Shown: piece after piece, positions 37,207 through 46,397 of the stretch
Numbering within the stretch: the stretch's first letter is position 1
Layout of the letters: each line of letters opens with the position of its first letter
NCBI GenBank assembly: GCA_965215335.1
Contig: CBDCDA010000002.1
Location: 416,001 to 480,000 of the forward strand
From: an uncultured Candidatus Entotheonella sp.
GTDB lineage: Bacteria; Tectomicrobia; Entotheonellia; Entotheonellales; Entotheonellaceae
DNA length: 64,000 nucleotides
Direction of reading: 5' to 3'
Notes under the pieces: model-generated
What the model was told of the DNA's origin: nothing
The model's input: the letters and a program-made list of their open reading frames with translations, nothing else
Databases searched by the model: none
Position numbers and translations under genes: made by a program

Positions 37207-39243
37207 ATGAGCCTGCTTTCCGTTGCCCCCCCGGCCGGTCAAATTCAGCACGCTGTCGAGACCCGAACGGGGGATATTCGAGGCTTGCACGTCGTGCTTC
37301 TGAAGCCCTCCAAGTATGACGACGACGGCTACGTGCTGCGGCACTGGCGCGGCGTCCTGCCCAGCAACACGATGGCGTGCCTGTATGGCCTCACCGAGGC
37401 CGTCAGGCGCCGCCAGGCGCTGCGAAAAGACCTGGACATCAGCATTGAACTCCTGGACGAGGCCGTCCATAAGATCAACGTCGCCAGGATCGTGCGCCGC
37501 AGCCAGCGGCCCGGTTGGAAAACCGTCATCTGCCTTGCCGGGGTGCAGAGCAACCAGTACCCCCGGGCGATCGACCTGGCCCGCGAGTTCCGCGCCGCCG
37601 GGCTGCCGGTCATCATCGGCGGCTTCCACGTCAGCGGCACCCTGGCCCTGTTCCACAACCCGACGCCCGACATCCAGGAAATCCTGGACCTCGGCGTCAC
37701 CGTCGTCAGCGGCGAAGTGGAAGAACACTGGGAAGGCCTCCTGCGCGACGTGCTGCTCGATGCCTTGAGACCGATCTATAACTACCTTGACCCCACCCCG
37801 GACCTGCACGCCCCACCCATCCCCATGATCAACAAGAAGTACCTGAACCGCTTCGCCCACAAGCAGTTCGGCACCATCGACTGCGGTCGCGGCTGCCCCT
37901 TCAGTTGCAGCTTCTGCTCGATCATCAACGTCCAGGGCCGCAAGATGCGCATGCGCAACCCGGAGTCGATCGCCCAGGCCATCAAGGAGAACTACGAGCG
38001 CTCGCAGATTTCCTTCTACTTCTTCACCGACGACAACTTCGCGCGCAACAAGAAGTGGCGCGAAATCTTCGAGGCCATCATCCGGCTGCGGGAAACGGAC
38101 GGCATCGTCATCGAGTTCATCATGCAGGTGGACGTGCTGTCCTACAAGATCAAGGATTTCGTCTCCCTGGCGCGGCAGGCGGGCTGCACGCAGGTGTTCA
38201 TCGGCATGGAAAGCATCAACGATGACAACCTCCAGGCAGCGGACAAGAACCAGAACAGCTCCTCCGACTACCGCAACCTGATCGACGCCTGGCACGCCGC
38301 CGAGATCACCACCCACGTCGGATTCATCATCGGCTTCCCGTTTGACACCTACGAATCGGTCGTCAAGGACGTCAAGCGCCTGCAAGAAGAAATCCAGGTC
38401 GATCAGGCGTCGTTCTTCATGCTCACGCCGATCCCCGGCTCGATGGACCACTTCAACGCCGTCAAGGCCGGCGTGCCCATCGACTCGGACCTCAACCTGT
38501 ACGATTCCTTCCACCCCACCATGGACCATCCGAACATGTCGCGCGAGCAGTGGTTCCAGGCCTACCGCGACGCCTGGCAGTCGTTCTACAGCTTCGAGAA
38601 CATGCGGGCTATCCTGACCCGCGCCACGCCGCGCATGTACTGGAACGCCTTCAAGAACCTGGTGTGGTACAAGAACGCCGCCATCCTGGAAGGCAACCAC
38701 CCGATGATGACCGGCTTCTTCCGCCTCAAGGGCCGCACGGCGCGGCGCCCGGGCATGGCCATCGACAGCCGCTGGCAGTACTGGCGCTGGCGCGTTCCCG
38801 AGGTGCTGGGCTATCTGAAGGCCACCCTGCACTTCCTGCTGGAGCTGGAAGAGTTGTGGCTGCAGACCCGCAAGCGCAGCGACCGCGAGCAGCGCCTGCT
38901 GGACGCCCTGGCGCAGATTCGTGGCGGCGTGCTCGGCAACGTGCGCATCGCCGACCTGCAGCGCGCCTACGCGCACGCGAAATTACAGGTACCGTCGCGG
39001 TTGCGGCTCGTCCTCAGTGAATACAACATCCTGTCGATCCATCGCATCACCACCCGCAAGGAATTGCGGCAGTTCTGGCAACACACCAAGGAGCAGCTAC
39101 GTACCGGGCGGCTCACCCGAATCCGCCTGCACACGATGGTGCGCAACGTCTGGCGCGAGTTGAAGCTGCATACGAGTTTCGCGATCAGCTTTTCCTTCAA
39201 CCTGATGCCGTCGCGGCCGCGCAACACGATGGTAATGGAGTAG
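37207..39243 (+). CDS. B12-binding-type (class B/BchE-like) radical SAM protein
   Basis: N-terminal Rossmann-like region (VIIGGFH), RGCPFSCSFC, FTDDNF, FIGMES, FIIGFP and LTPIPGS, plus a long C-terminal extension. Confidence 0.88.
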   Translation: MSLLSVAPPAGQIQHAVETRTGDIRGLHVVLLKPSKYDDDGYVLRHWRGVLPSNTMACLYGLTEAVRRRQALRKDLDISIELLDEAVHKINVARIVRRSQRPGWKTVICLAGVQSNQYPRAIDLAREFRAAGLPVIIGGFHVSGTLALFHNPTPDIQEILDLGVTVVSGEVEEHWEGLLRDVLLDALRPIYNYLDPTPDLHAPPIPMINKKYLNRFAHKQFGTIDCGRGCPFSCSFCSIINVQGRKMRMRNPESIAQAIKENYERSQISFYFFTDDNFARNKKWREIFEAIIRLRETDGIVIEFIMQVDVLSYKIKDFVSLARQAGCTQVFIGMESINDDNLQAADKNQNSSSDYRNLIDAWHAAEITTHVGFIIGFPFDTYESVVKDVKRLQEEIQVDQASFFMLTPIPGSMDHFNAVKAGVPIDSDLNLYDSFHPTMDHPNMSREQWFQAYRDAWQSFYSFENMRAILTRATPRMYWNAFKNLVWYKNAAILEGNHPMMTGFFRLKGRTARRPGMAIDSRWQYWRWRVPEVLGYLKATLHFLLELEELWLQTRKRSDREQRLLDALAQIRGGVLGNVRIADLQRAYAHAKLQVPSRLRLVLSEYNILSIHRITTRKELRQFWQHTKEQLRTGRLTRIRLHTMVRNVWRELKLHTSFAISFSFNLMPSRPRNTMVME

Positions 39244-39297
39244 GAACACTGTCCCATGGGCATGCTCGCGGGACGTTTTTCATGGAGGGCAGACGTC

Positions 39298-39672
39298 GTG
39301 GCAGAGTTTCAGTTGCATCACATCCATCACGAAGCCGCCGATGTCGACGCCGCGGTGGCGTTCTACGAACAGAATTTTCGGGCGGTGCTGGAAGAGCGCA
39401 CCGTCCGCAACGGTGAACAATGGGCGCGGGTGAGGCTCGGCGGCACGCTGCTCAACATCAGCGACCGCGCCACCACGCAAGTCGGTCTGGAGCGCTATCA
39501 GGGCATCGATCACTTCGCGCTTCACACCAGCGATTTTGCGGGTACGGTCGCCGCCTTGAAGGCCAACGGCGTTCACTTCTTCACCGAGCCCATGTCGCCC
39601 CGGCCGGGCGTGGAGATCGCCTTCATCTCCGGGCCGGACAACGTCAAGATCGAGCTCATGCACCTGAACTGA
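39298..39672 (+). CDS. VOC/glyoxalase family protein
   Basis: Motifs LHHIH, GIDHFAL and FISGPDNVKIEL. Confidence 0.9.
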   Translation: MAEFQLHHIHHEAADVDAAVAFYEQNFRAVLEERTVRNGEQWARVRLGGTLLNISDRATTQVGLERYQGIDHFALHTSDFAGTVAALKANGVHFFTEPMSPRPGVEIAFISGPDNVKIELMHLN

Positions 39673-39693
39673 GGCCATGCGGAGGGCCGCATC

Positions 39694-40362
39694 ATGGACA
39701 CCGACAGCGCCCATCAAGCCCGAGACCGGAAAACAGGAAACGTCTGGCCGCGCCGCCGCCTGCTGCAAGCGGGTTGCGCGGGCGTGCTGGGGTTGACCTT
39801 TCGTGACCCATTGGCCAACGCCATGCACCACGGCGCTGCGCCCGCCAAACCCGACACCGCAGCGCTGGCGCCGACGCCGGAATGCCGCGACGGGGACGAA
39901 CCGACCCCACGCCAGGGCGCCGGACCGTTCTACACGCCGGATTCCCCGCAACGCGCCAGCCTGCTCGAGCCCGGCCTGCCGGGAACCCCCCTGGTGCTGG
40001 TCGGACACGTGCTGCAAACCAACTGCCAGTCCCTCGCCGGCGTCCTGCTGGATTTCTGGCAGGCCGACAACGCGGGACGCTACGACAACCAGGGCTACAC
40101 CCTGCGCGGCCACCAGTTCACCGACGCCAACGGCCGGTATCGCCTGGCGACTATCGTGCCGGGCCTCTATCCCGGCCGTACCCGCCACATCCACGTGCGG
40201 CTGCAGGCGCCCCACACCCGCGCCATCACCACCCAGCTTTACTTCCCCGACGTCCCCCAGAACGAGCGCGATTTCGTCTACGACCCGCGTCTGCTGGTGC
40301 GGCCCCTCGATCCGTCACCGCAGGGGATGCAGGCGCAGTTCGATTTCGTTCTGCGCGCCTGA
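39694..40362 (+). CDS. Intradiol ring-cleavage dioxygenase-like protein with a Tat signal
   Basis: RRRLLQ leader; motifs GPFY, WQADNAGRY, LRG, PGLYPGRTRHIH and TQLYF. Confidence 0.88.
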   Translation: MDTDSAHQARDRKTGNVWPRRRLLQAGCAGVLGLTFRDPLANAMHHGAAPAKPDTAALAPTPECRDGDEPTPRQGAGPFYTPDSPQRASLLEPGLPGTPLVLVGHVLQTNCQSLAGVLLDFWQADNAGRYDNQGYTLRGHQFTDANGRYRLATIVPGLYPGRTRHIHVRLQAPHTRAITTQLYFPDVPQNERDFVYDPRLLVRPLDPSPQGMQAQFDFVLRA

Positions 40363-40434
40363 TTCCTGCCGGAGGCGCACCAATTTCCGTGGCGAAGTCA
40401 GAATTGCCCGCTTCATGATGTTCTTGTGCATGAG

Positions 40435-40447
40435 AGTGATGTTACGC
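40435..40447 (-). mobile_element. Isolated IS701-type terminus
   Basis: AGTGATGTTACGC is the exact reverse complement of the IS end at 4042-4054. A minus-strand frame ends ...ITPPNA* on it, as the IS701 transposase does. Confidence 0.6.
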
Positions 40448-40578
40448 ATTAGGGGGAGTGATGAATGGTGACGCCGACCACTCGGCTTGAGGTTTTTTGG
40501 GGCTTGGGGCGGAGTTGTGGTTCCCGCGCATGAACCGTAGCGGATGCAGGCATCCCCTGCGAATCGGATATCTACACC

Positions 40579-40812
40579 ATGAACGCCCATATCGCCATGC
40601 CGCCTGACAGGATCGCCGCCTTCTGCAAACGCTGGCAGGTTGTGGAACTGGCACTCTTCGGTTCCGTGCCGAGGGACGATTTCAGCCCCGAAAGCGACGT
40701 GGATGTACTGGTTCGCTTCGCCCCACAAGCGCGACACACGCTTTTCGACCTGACGCAGTGGAACCCTGACGCAGTGGAACAGTCACCTGTCCCTCGACAG
40801 GTCGTAACCTGA
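40579..40812 (+). pseudogene. Truncated minimal nucleotidyltransferase (MNT of an MNT-HEPN toxin-antitoxin pair)
   Basis: IAAFCKRW...LALFGSV.RDDF.PESDVDVLV. Family similarity is lost after TLFDL, and no HEPN gene follows. Confidence 0.8.
40749..40780 (+). repeat. 16-bp tandem duplication CCTGACGCAGTGGAAC x2
   Basis: Exact duplication at the MNT breakpoint. Confidence 0.9.
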
Positions 40813-40815
40813 CCT

Positions 40816-41709
40816 TTACCTGGCAGCCCTCTCCCCGTCCCACGGTATCCAGAACAGATACAGCCCCAGGTAGGCGAAGAAAAAGTCCTGGTACAGCAGC
40901 AGCGCGTTGCCGACCTGGAACAGGAACAGCAAGGGGATCAGCCACCGCCGCGCGTGGCGCGAGAACAGCGCCGCCGGGGTGCCGAGTTCCACCGCGAGCG
41001 CCATGCCGGCGAGTACCCTGCACAAGCCAGGGCGCACGACCAGCCAATCCGCCAGCAGGTGGCTCCAGGCCGTCGCCCCTTCCGACCGGAACACGTACTG
41101 GTTCTCCAGAAAATAGTTCCGCAGCGTGTCGGACAGCACCCACTCAAGACCCGCCTGCCGCAGTTTGGCCAGCCCCGCCGCCAGAAACACCGTCACGAAG
41201 ACCAGCCGCACCAGTTGCACCGGCCAACGGTACTGGCCGCCGGCCTGCACCACTTTGGCCGTGGCGACCCGGCGGACGAGGGCGTCCAGCGACAGTGCGT
41301 CGCCGCATGGCGCCAGGGCCAGGATGCCCACGACGATGGGAACAATGGCGTGCGCCCAGTGCAGGTAGCCGTAATTGAACTGCAAACCGAGGACGTACAG
41401 GCCGAGCACGAAGGCCGTAAGGATCGCCAGCCGGGTCAGCAGGCCCAGGGCCGCGAGAATGATGCTGATCTCGAACGCCGTGACCAGCCATCCCATGACG
41501 TCCCAGCTCGGCATCGGTAACGACAGCCAAGCGAAGAAACTCCGTGGGTGGTAAAACTCGGACGGGAACAGCGCATACCACCGCAAGTCGGTGCGGGACA
41601 GGTACAGGCTATGGAAGGAAGCAAAGAAGCCGGCACGGCAGAGTCCCAGCGGCCACGGCGCGGCGGGCGCGAACCAGAAGGTGTTCCAGGCCGCGGCGGG
41701 CGCCCTCAT
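40816..41709 (-). CDS. HTTM-domain-like membrane protein
   Basis: Motifs WNTFWF, LGLLTRL, DALSLD, YRWPVQL, FLAAGLAKL...W and LAVEL. Confidence 0.78.
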   Translation of the reverse strand: MRAPAAAWNTFWFAPAAPWPLGLCRAGFFASFHSLYLSRTDLRWYALFPSEFYHPRSFFAWLSLPMPSWDVMGWLVTAFEISIILAALGLLTRLAILTAFVLGLYVLGLQFNYGYLHWAHAIVPIVVGILALAPCGDALSLDALVRRVATAKVVQAGGQYRWPVQLVRLVFVTVFLAAGLAKLRQAGLEWVLSDTLRNYFLENQYVFRSEGATAWSHLLADWLVVRPGLCRVLAGMALAVELGTPAALFSRHARRWLIPLLFLFQVGNALLLYQDFFFAYLGLYLFWIPWDGERAAR

Positions 41710-42209
41710 TGCATGCTGGCAGGGAGGGTAACGACTTGCAGGCGGGTGCGGGAATCCGGCTTGTCGAAATTGGCGGCGCCCGGCTGCGCCGTCCAATGCA
41801 CCCGGTAGACCTCGATACGGTCCAGCGGCGGGCCGCCGTGCGCGCCGAGGTGGCGTTGCGTTTCGTAGGCGCCCAGCAACCCGGCCAGGGCGCGGCGCGC
41901 CGGCGTCGGGTCCACCTCGCCGAGCACGTCCAGCGCGTCAAGGGACCGCAGCAGTTCGCTGTACGCGAACGGCACGATGTATGCTTCATGATCCAACCGC
42001 AGCACGGCGCCGTCGGCGCCACGACCCACCACTTCCAGCCAGTCGACTTCGGCGGTCGGCTTGCTGTCGGCGTACATGCGGTAGTCCAGAAAGGGCCACG
42101 CCTCGCCGCCGGCGAGGGCGACCAGCAGCGACGGCAGGCCGAAGGCCAGCATGGCGGCGTAAGCCGCCAGTCGTTGCCGTCGCCGCATGGGGCGGTTCTC
42201 GGCTGTCAT
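41706..42209 (-). CDS. Membrane-anchored partner of the HTTM protein
   Basis: One TM then EAWPFLDYRMYA; ATGA-type overlaps with both neighbours. Confidence 0.72.
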   Translation of the reverse strand: MTAENRPMRRRQRLAAYAAMLAFGLPSLLVALAGGEAWPFLDYRMYADSKPTAEVDWLEVVGRGADGAVLRLDHEAYIVPFAYSELLRSLDALDVLGEVDPTPARRALAGLLGAYETQRHLGAHGGPPLDRIEVYRVHWTAQPGAANFDKPDSRTRLQVVTLPASMQ

Positions 42210-42829
42210 CGCGTGGCACCCCAGTGCTCCCAATACGTCCGCCGCCGTGCCGGTATGCGGCGGGCGGGCTTGAAATCGTCGCCGGTGAAATAAGCCACCG
42301 GCAACAGCACGGCCTGCGCGATGTTGTCGGGGACGCCCAGCAGGGCTGCCACCTCCTGCTCGTAGCGCAGGTGCAGCGTCGTCCACGCCGAGCCCAGACC
42401 GCGGGCCCGCAGCGCCAGCATGAGCGACCACACCGCCGGCAGGATGCTGGCGAACACCCCCGCTCCAGCCCCCGTCGGGCCAGTGGATTCGACGCACGCC
42501 ACGACCAGCACCGGCACGTTGTGCATCTGCTCGGCGAGATAGGTAGCGGAGCTGATAAGTCCCGGGTCTGTCTGGCTCGCCTCCGCCTGCCGCTCCGGCG
42601 TGTACACCTCCAGATACGCGCGTTTGTATATCGCGGACAACTCGGCCCGTCTGGCCGCGTCGGTGACGACCACGAAGTGATAGCGTTGAATGTTGCCGCC
42701 GGTGGGTGCCTGGATGGCGATCTCGAGGCATTCTCGGATGATCTCCGGCGGCACCGGACGGCTGAAATCGAGGCGCTTGCGCACCGTTCGGGTGGTGGTG
42801 AGCAGTTTGTCTACGGTAGCGAGGTCCAT
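42206..42829 (-). CDS. Nitroreductase family protein
   Basis: Motifs LLTTTRTVRKRL, AIQAPTGGN and LALRARGLGSAWT. Confidence 0.92.
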   Translation of the reverse strand: MDLATVDKLLTTTRTVRKRLDFSRPVPPEIIRECLEIAIQAPTGGNIQRYHFVVVTDAARRAELSAIYKRAYLEVYTPERQAEASQTDPGLISSATYLAEQMHNVPVLVVACVESTGPTGAGAGVFASILPAVWSLMLALRARGLGSAWTTLHLRYEQEVAALLGVPDNIAQAVLLPVAYFTGDDFKPARRIPARRRTYWEHWGATR

Positions 42830-42943
42830 CCTCGACACCTCCTTTGCGCGGGTTGGAGCGGCTTTGCCCAACAAGTCGGGTCTTCTGCTGTCGTGCAGGG
42901 TCGCCGTCAGGCTGTGTCCGGGTCGGGCGAGCCTGAATCCTGT

Positions 42944-43402
42944 TCAGGGTGCGGGGGCGTCGGCGGTCTGCAACTGCTGTTTGATGACGTCGATCTGTCC
43001 TTCGTTGCGGGAGACGCGTTCACTGATGCCGACGGTAAGCTTGCGGAGCTCGGAGACCTCGTCGGTGAGCCGGTCAAGGCGCTCGTCGGTGTTGTCGAAG
43101 CGGTGACCCACGGCGTTGAAATGCTGGTTGATGGCCTTGTCCATGGCCTCGAAGCGCTGGGTGATGGACCTGTCCTGAGCCTCGAAGCGCTGGGTGATGG
43201 ACCTGTCCTGAGCCTCGAAGCGCTGGGTGATGGACCTGTCCTGAGCCTCGAAGCGCTGGGTGATGTATCTGTCCTGCGCGTCGAGACGGTGGTGGATGGA
43301 ATTGATGGAGATGAGGATGACGCCCACGACGGCAGCGGTGCCGGCGACAGCCGAGATGACGATTGTGATGGGAGTTTTGTTTTCCCTGATCCAGTCCTGC
43401 AT
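42944..43402 (-). CDS. Single-TM coiled-coil protein with 11-aa repeats
   Basis: N-terminal hydrophobic segment, four QDR(S/Y)ITQRFEA repeats and a coiled-coil tail. Confidence 0.75.
   Translation of the reverse strand: MQDWIRENKTPITIVISAVAGTAAVVGVILISINSIHHRLDAQDRYITQRFEAQDRSITQRFEAQDRSITQRFEAQDRSITQRFEAMDKAINQHFNAVGHRFDNTDERLDRLTDEVSELRKLTVGISERVSRNEGQIDVIKQQLQTADAPAP
43146..43277. repeat. 33-bp tandem repeat x4 (three identical copies)
   Basis: Unit GCCTCGAAGCGCTGGGTGATGGACCTGTCCTGA. Confidence 0.95.
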
Positions 43403-43758
43403 GATGCGGGGTCTCCGGCGTGACGGGAAAGGCTGATGCCTTGCAGAAGAGGCGTCCATACTACCTGTGAACCCCTGCCCGCGCAATGCCTGCGCCCGTT
43501 CGGGTCAGGCGCTGCGGAGCGACCGCGCTCCCACGTTCTTCGCCTTGACACCTCCCCGGCTATTATGACCTGCGGGGCAACGCGGCACGGTGGAGGCTCG
43601 GCTGACGAGCGTGCTTGCGATCTTGCAGGACACTCTCGGCGGGGTGGAGCACGTCGAGCGTGCCAGCGCCTCGCCTTCGCAAGGCGTCATGATGCGGCCG
43701 CAGTCGCGCTGGTAGTCCCTCCGCTCCAGGCGCCGGCGCTTTCGGCGCGCCTGCCGTC

Positions 43759-45348
43759 TCAACCCAGCCGTACGATGCGCATCATCACCACGATGCCGGC
43801 GCACGCAATGGCCAGATACAGCAACATGGCGAAGCAATCGTTGAAGGCGTGCAGCAACGCCTCGCGCCGCACGAACCCGGCCAGCGTGCCGCGCGCGTAC
43901 AGATCCACGAACTGGCCGCCGAGCCGCTCCCACACGCCCGCGAAAGCGTTGAGCGCATGTTGCGTGCCGGTGGCGGCGTGGGTCTGTGTCTCGGCAAAGC
44001 GCGCCTGGTGAATCGTCTGCCAGCGCTCCAGCAGCGTGCTCAGCAGCGAGATGCCGAAGGTGCCGCCGAGCACCAGGCTGAGGCTGAGCAGACTGGAGGC
44101 CATGCGCGCCCGCTGCGCCGCCAGCCCGCTGGTGGCCGTGGCGAAGACCGGCGCGTTCAGGAATCCCAGGCCAATGCTGCGCCAGACGTAAGCCCAGGTG
44201 AAATACCAGAGCGTGACGCGCCCGTCCGCGGTCAGCATGAGGTAGCAGAAGAACCCGAACGCCGCCGCCCCAATTGTCATTGGAATGCGCGGATCGATGC
44301 GGTCGACCAGCCAGCCGGCGACCAGCGCGCAGATGATCATGGCCGCCGCGCCCGGCGTCAACGCCAGGGCCGACTGTTGCACGGAGTAGTCCAGGCCCAG
44401 CTGCATGAACAGCACCGTCAGAAAGCTGCTGGTGTAGAAGAACACGCCGAGAATGACGGCGGCGCAGGTACCACTGCTGTAGAGCAGACGGCGGTAAAGC
44501 GAAAGATCGAGCAGCGGCATGTCCATGCGGCCTTCGATGAACAGAAACAGGCACGCAGCGACGCCGCAGACGACCAGCAGGCCGAGAATGAACGTCGAGT
44601 CCCAACCCTCCTGCTGCACTTGGCTCAGAGCCACCAGCAGGCTGACCAGGGCGGCACTCAGCGTGATGAATCCCCAGCCATCGAACGGCGCCTCCTCCTC
44701 CCGCGCCGAGGGCGTCACCAGTAGCAGGGTGCCGAGAACGGCCAGGCTGCCGGGCACCAGGTTCAGATAGAAGACCGTCCGCCACTCCACGGCATCGGCA
44801 ACGAACCCGGCGATGGGCAGCCCGAACAGGTTGCCCAGCGAGGCGCCAGTCGCCCACAGGGACGTGCCGAGACCGCGTTGGTGCGGCGGCGTGACTTCCA
44901 GCATGAGAGCCAGGGAAATGGGCATCAGCACGGCAGCGCCAACGCCCTGCAGGATGCGCAGCAGGATGAGGATTTCGATGCTGGGCGCCGCGCCGCACAG
45001 GGCGGAGGCGCCGGTGAAGATGCTGACGCCGAGCGCGTAGAGGCGCTGGTTGCCCAGTTTGCGGCCAATCCAGCCGAGAGTCGGCATGGTGACCGCGGTG
45101 GCGATCAGGTAAGCCGTCATCACCCAGCGAGCCGTCAGTACGTCCGCTCCCAGGCCGCTCATGATGCGCGGCAAGGTGACGTTGACGACGTTGATATCCA
45201 GGATGTTGATGAAGGGGCCGAGCATGCAGGACATCATCACGCCCACGACGACGAGGCGAGGAGCCGCGGGACCGACGCCGTCGGCCGACTGGCGGATGAC
45301 GGGTTCCGCTTGCGTGGCTTGGGGATGCGAGGTGGATGCGGAAGCCAT
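43759..45348 (-). CDS. DHA2 (EmrB/QacA) MFS efflux permease
   Basis: About 14 TM segments; motifs ILDINVVNV, WVMTAY, RILQGVG and WRTVFYLN. Confidence 0.92.
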   Translation of the reverse strand: MASASTSHPQATQAEPVIRQSADGVGPAAPRLVVVGVMMSCMLGPFINILDINVVNVTLPRIMSGLGADVLTARWVMTAYLIATAVTMPTLGWIGRKLGNQRLYALGVSIFTGASALCGAAPSIEILILLRILQGVGAAVLMPISLALMLEVTPPHQRGLGTSLWATGASLGNLFGLPIAGFVADAVEWRTVFYLNLVPGSLAVLGTLLLVTPSAREEEAPFDGWGFITLSAALVSLLVALSQVQQEGWDSTFILGLLVVCGVAACLFLFIEGRMDMPLLDLSLYRRLLYSSGTCAAVILGVFFYTSSFLTVLFMQLGLDYSVQQSALALTPGAAAMIICALVAGWLVDRIDPRIPMTIGAAAFGFFCYLMLTADGRVTLWYFTWAYVWRSIGLGFLNAPVFATATSGLAAQRARMASSLLSLSLVLGGTFGISLLSTLLERWQTIHQARFAETQTHAATGTQHALNAFAGVWERLGGQFVDLYARGTLAGFVRREALLHAFNDCFAMLLYLAIACAGIVVMMRIVRLG

Positions 45349-45566
45349 AGATGCGCCAATCCTAACCGGCCCGGCCCTCGATCGCAAGGCGGCTCGCGTT
45401 ACGGTTCTCCCGTGTCTTCCCTGAGCGGCGAATCCCGCAAGCGGCTATACTTGCCCCACAGCATGCAGGTCGAACATGGGTGGTCCGACCGATTGGCCCG
45501 CCCGGCGATACGCGCGCTCGATCACCCATCACACCAGCAACGCATCTCGCACAAGGAGCGTAATAC

Positions 45567-46355
45567 GTGGATCTCGAACTGAACGGCAAGGTCGCCCTCA
45601 TCACCGGCGGCAGCAAGGGAATTGGCAAGGCCATCGCCCTGGAACTGGCCAAGGAAGGCGTCGACATCGCCATTGCCGCCCGCTCGCAGGGGTCACTGGA
45701 TCAGGCCGCCGCAGAACTGCGGGCCACCCGCAGGCGCGTCGTGGCCGTCGCCGCCGACATGATGAAGTGGGACGACGTGCAGAACATGGTCAACACCACC
45801 GTGACCCAGCTGGGCAAGGTCGACATCCTGATCAACAACGCCGCCATGGTCGGCGGGCAGGTGCGCGGCACCCTCGCCGAGGCCGCCGAGAAGGACATGA
45901 TCGAAGACCTGGACACCAAGGTCGTGGGTTATTTCCGCTGCATGAAGGCGGTGGTGCCGCACATGCAGCGCCAGGGGTGGGGGCGCATCATCAGCATCGG
46001 CGGCGTCTCGGCGCGCCAGTCCACCATCTACGGCCTGCGCAACGCCGCGGTGGTGCACATGACCAAGACCTTCTCCGACCAGCTCGGCGGTGACGGCATC
46101 ACCCTCAACGTCGTGCATCCTGGCCTGACCCTCTCGGAAACCGTCAGCACCATGCTCGACAAGCGCGCCGAAAACCAAGGCGTGTCGCGCGCCGACATCG
46201 AGACGGAATCCTCCCAGCGGGTCGCCATCCGGCGACCGATCGAGCCGCAGGAACTGGCCTGGGTAGTAGCCTTCCTGGCGTCTCCAAAGGCACACTGCAT
46301 CACCGGCGAAGTGATTGCCGCCGGCGGCGGCGCCATGGGGGCGGTGTTCCAATAA
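45567..46355 (+). CDS. SDR family oxidoreductase
   Basis: Motifs TGGSKGIG, DILINNA and VHPG; atypical catalytic segment (YGLRN). Confidence 0.9.
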   Translation: MDLELNGKVALITGGSKGIGKAIALELAKEGVDIAIAARSQGSLDQAAAELRATRRRVVAVAADMMKWDDVQNMVNTTVTQLGKVDILINNAAMVGGQVRGTLAEAAEKDMIEDLDTKVVGYFRCMKAVVPHMQRQGWGRIISIGGVSARQSTIYGLRNAAVVHMTKTFSDQLGGDGITLNVVHPGLTLSETVSTMLDKRAENQGVSRADIETESSQRVAIRRPIEPQELAWVVAFLASPKAHCITGEVIAAGGGAMGAVFQ

Positions 46356-46397
46356 AGAGGCTGCCCGCATGGGCTCGACGCCAACGGAGGGTGTGGC

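Noticed and set aside
43146..43277. 33-bp repeats as a CRISPR array
   Set aside because: Units are head-to-tail with no spacers, keep the reading frame of a CDS, and there are no cas genes.
43545..43566. TTGACA...TATTAT promoter
   Set aside because: The spacer is only 10 bp and there is no supported + strand gene downstream.
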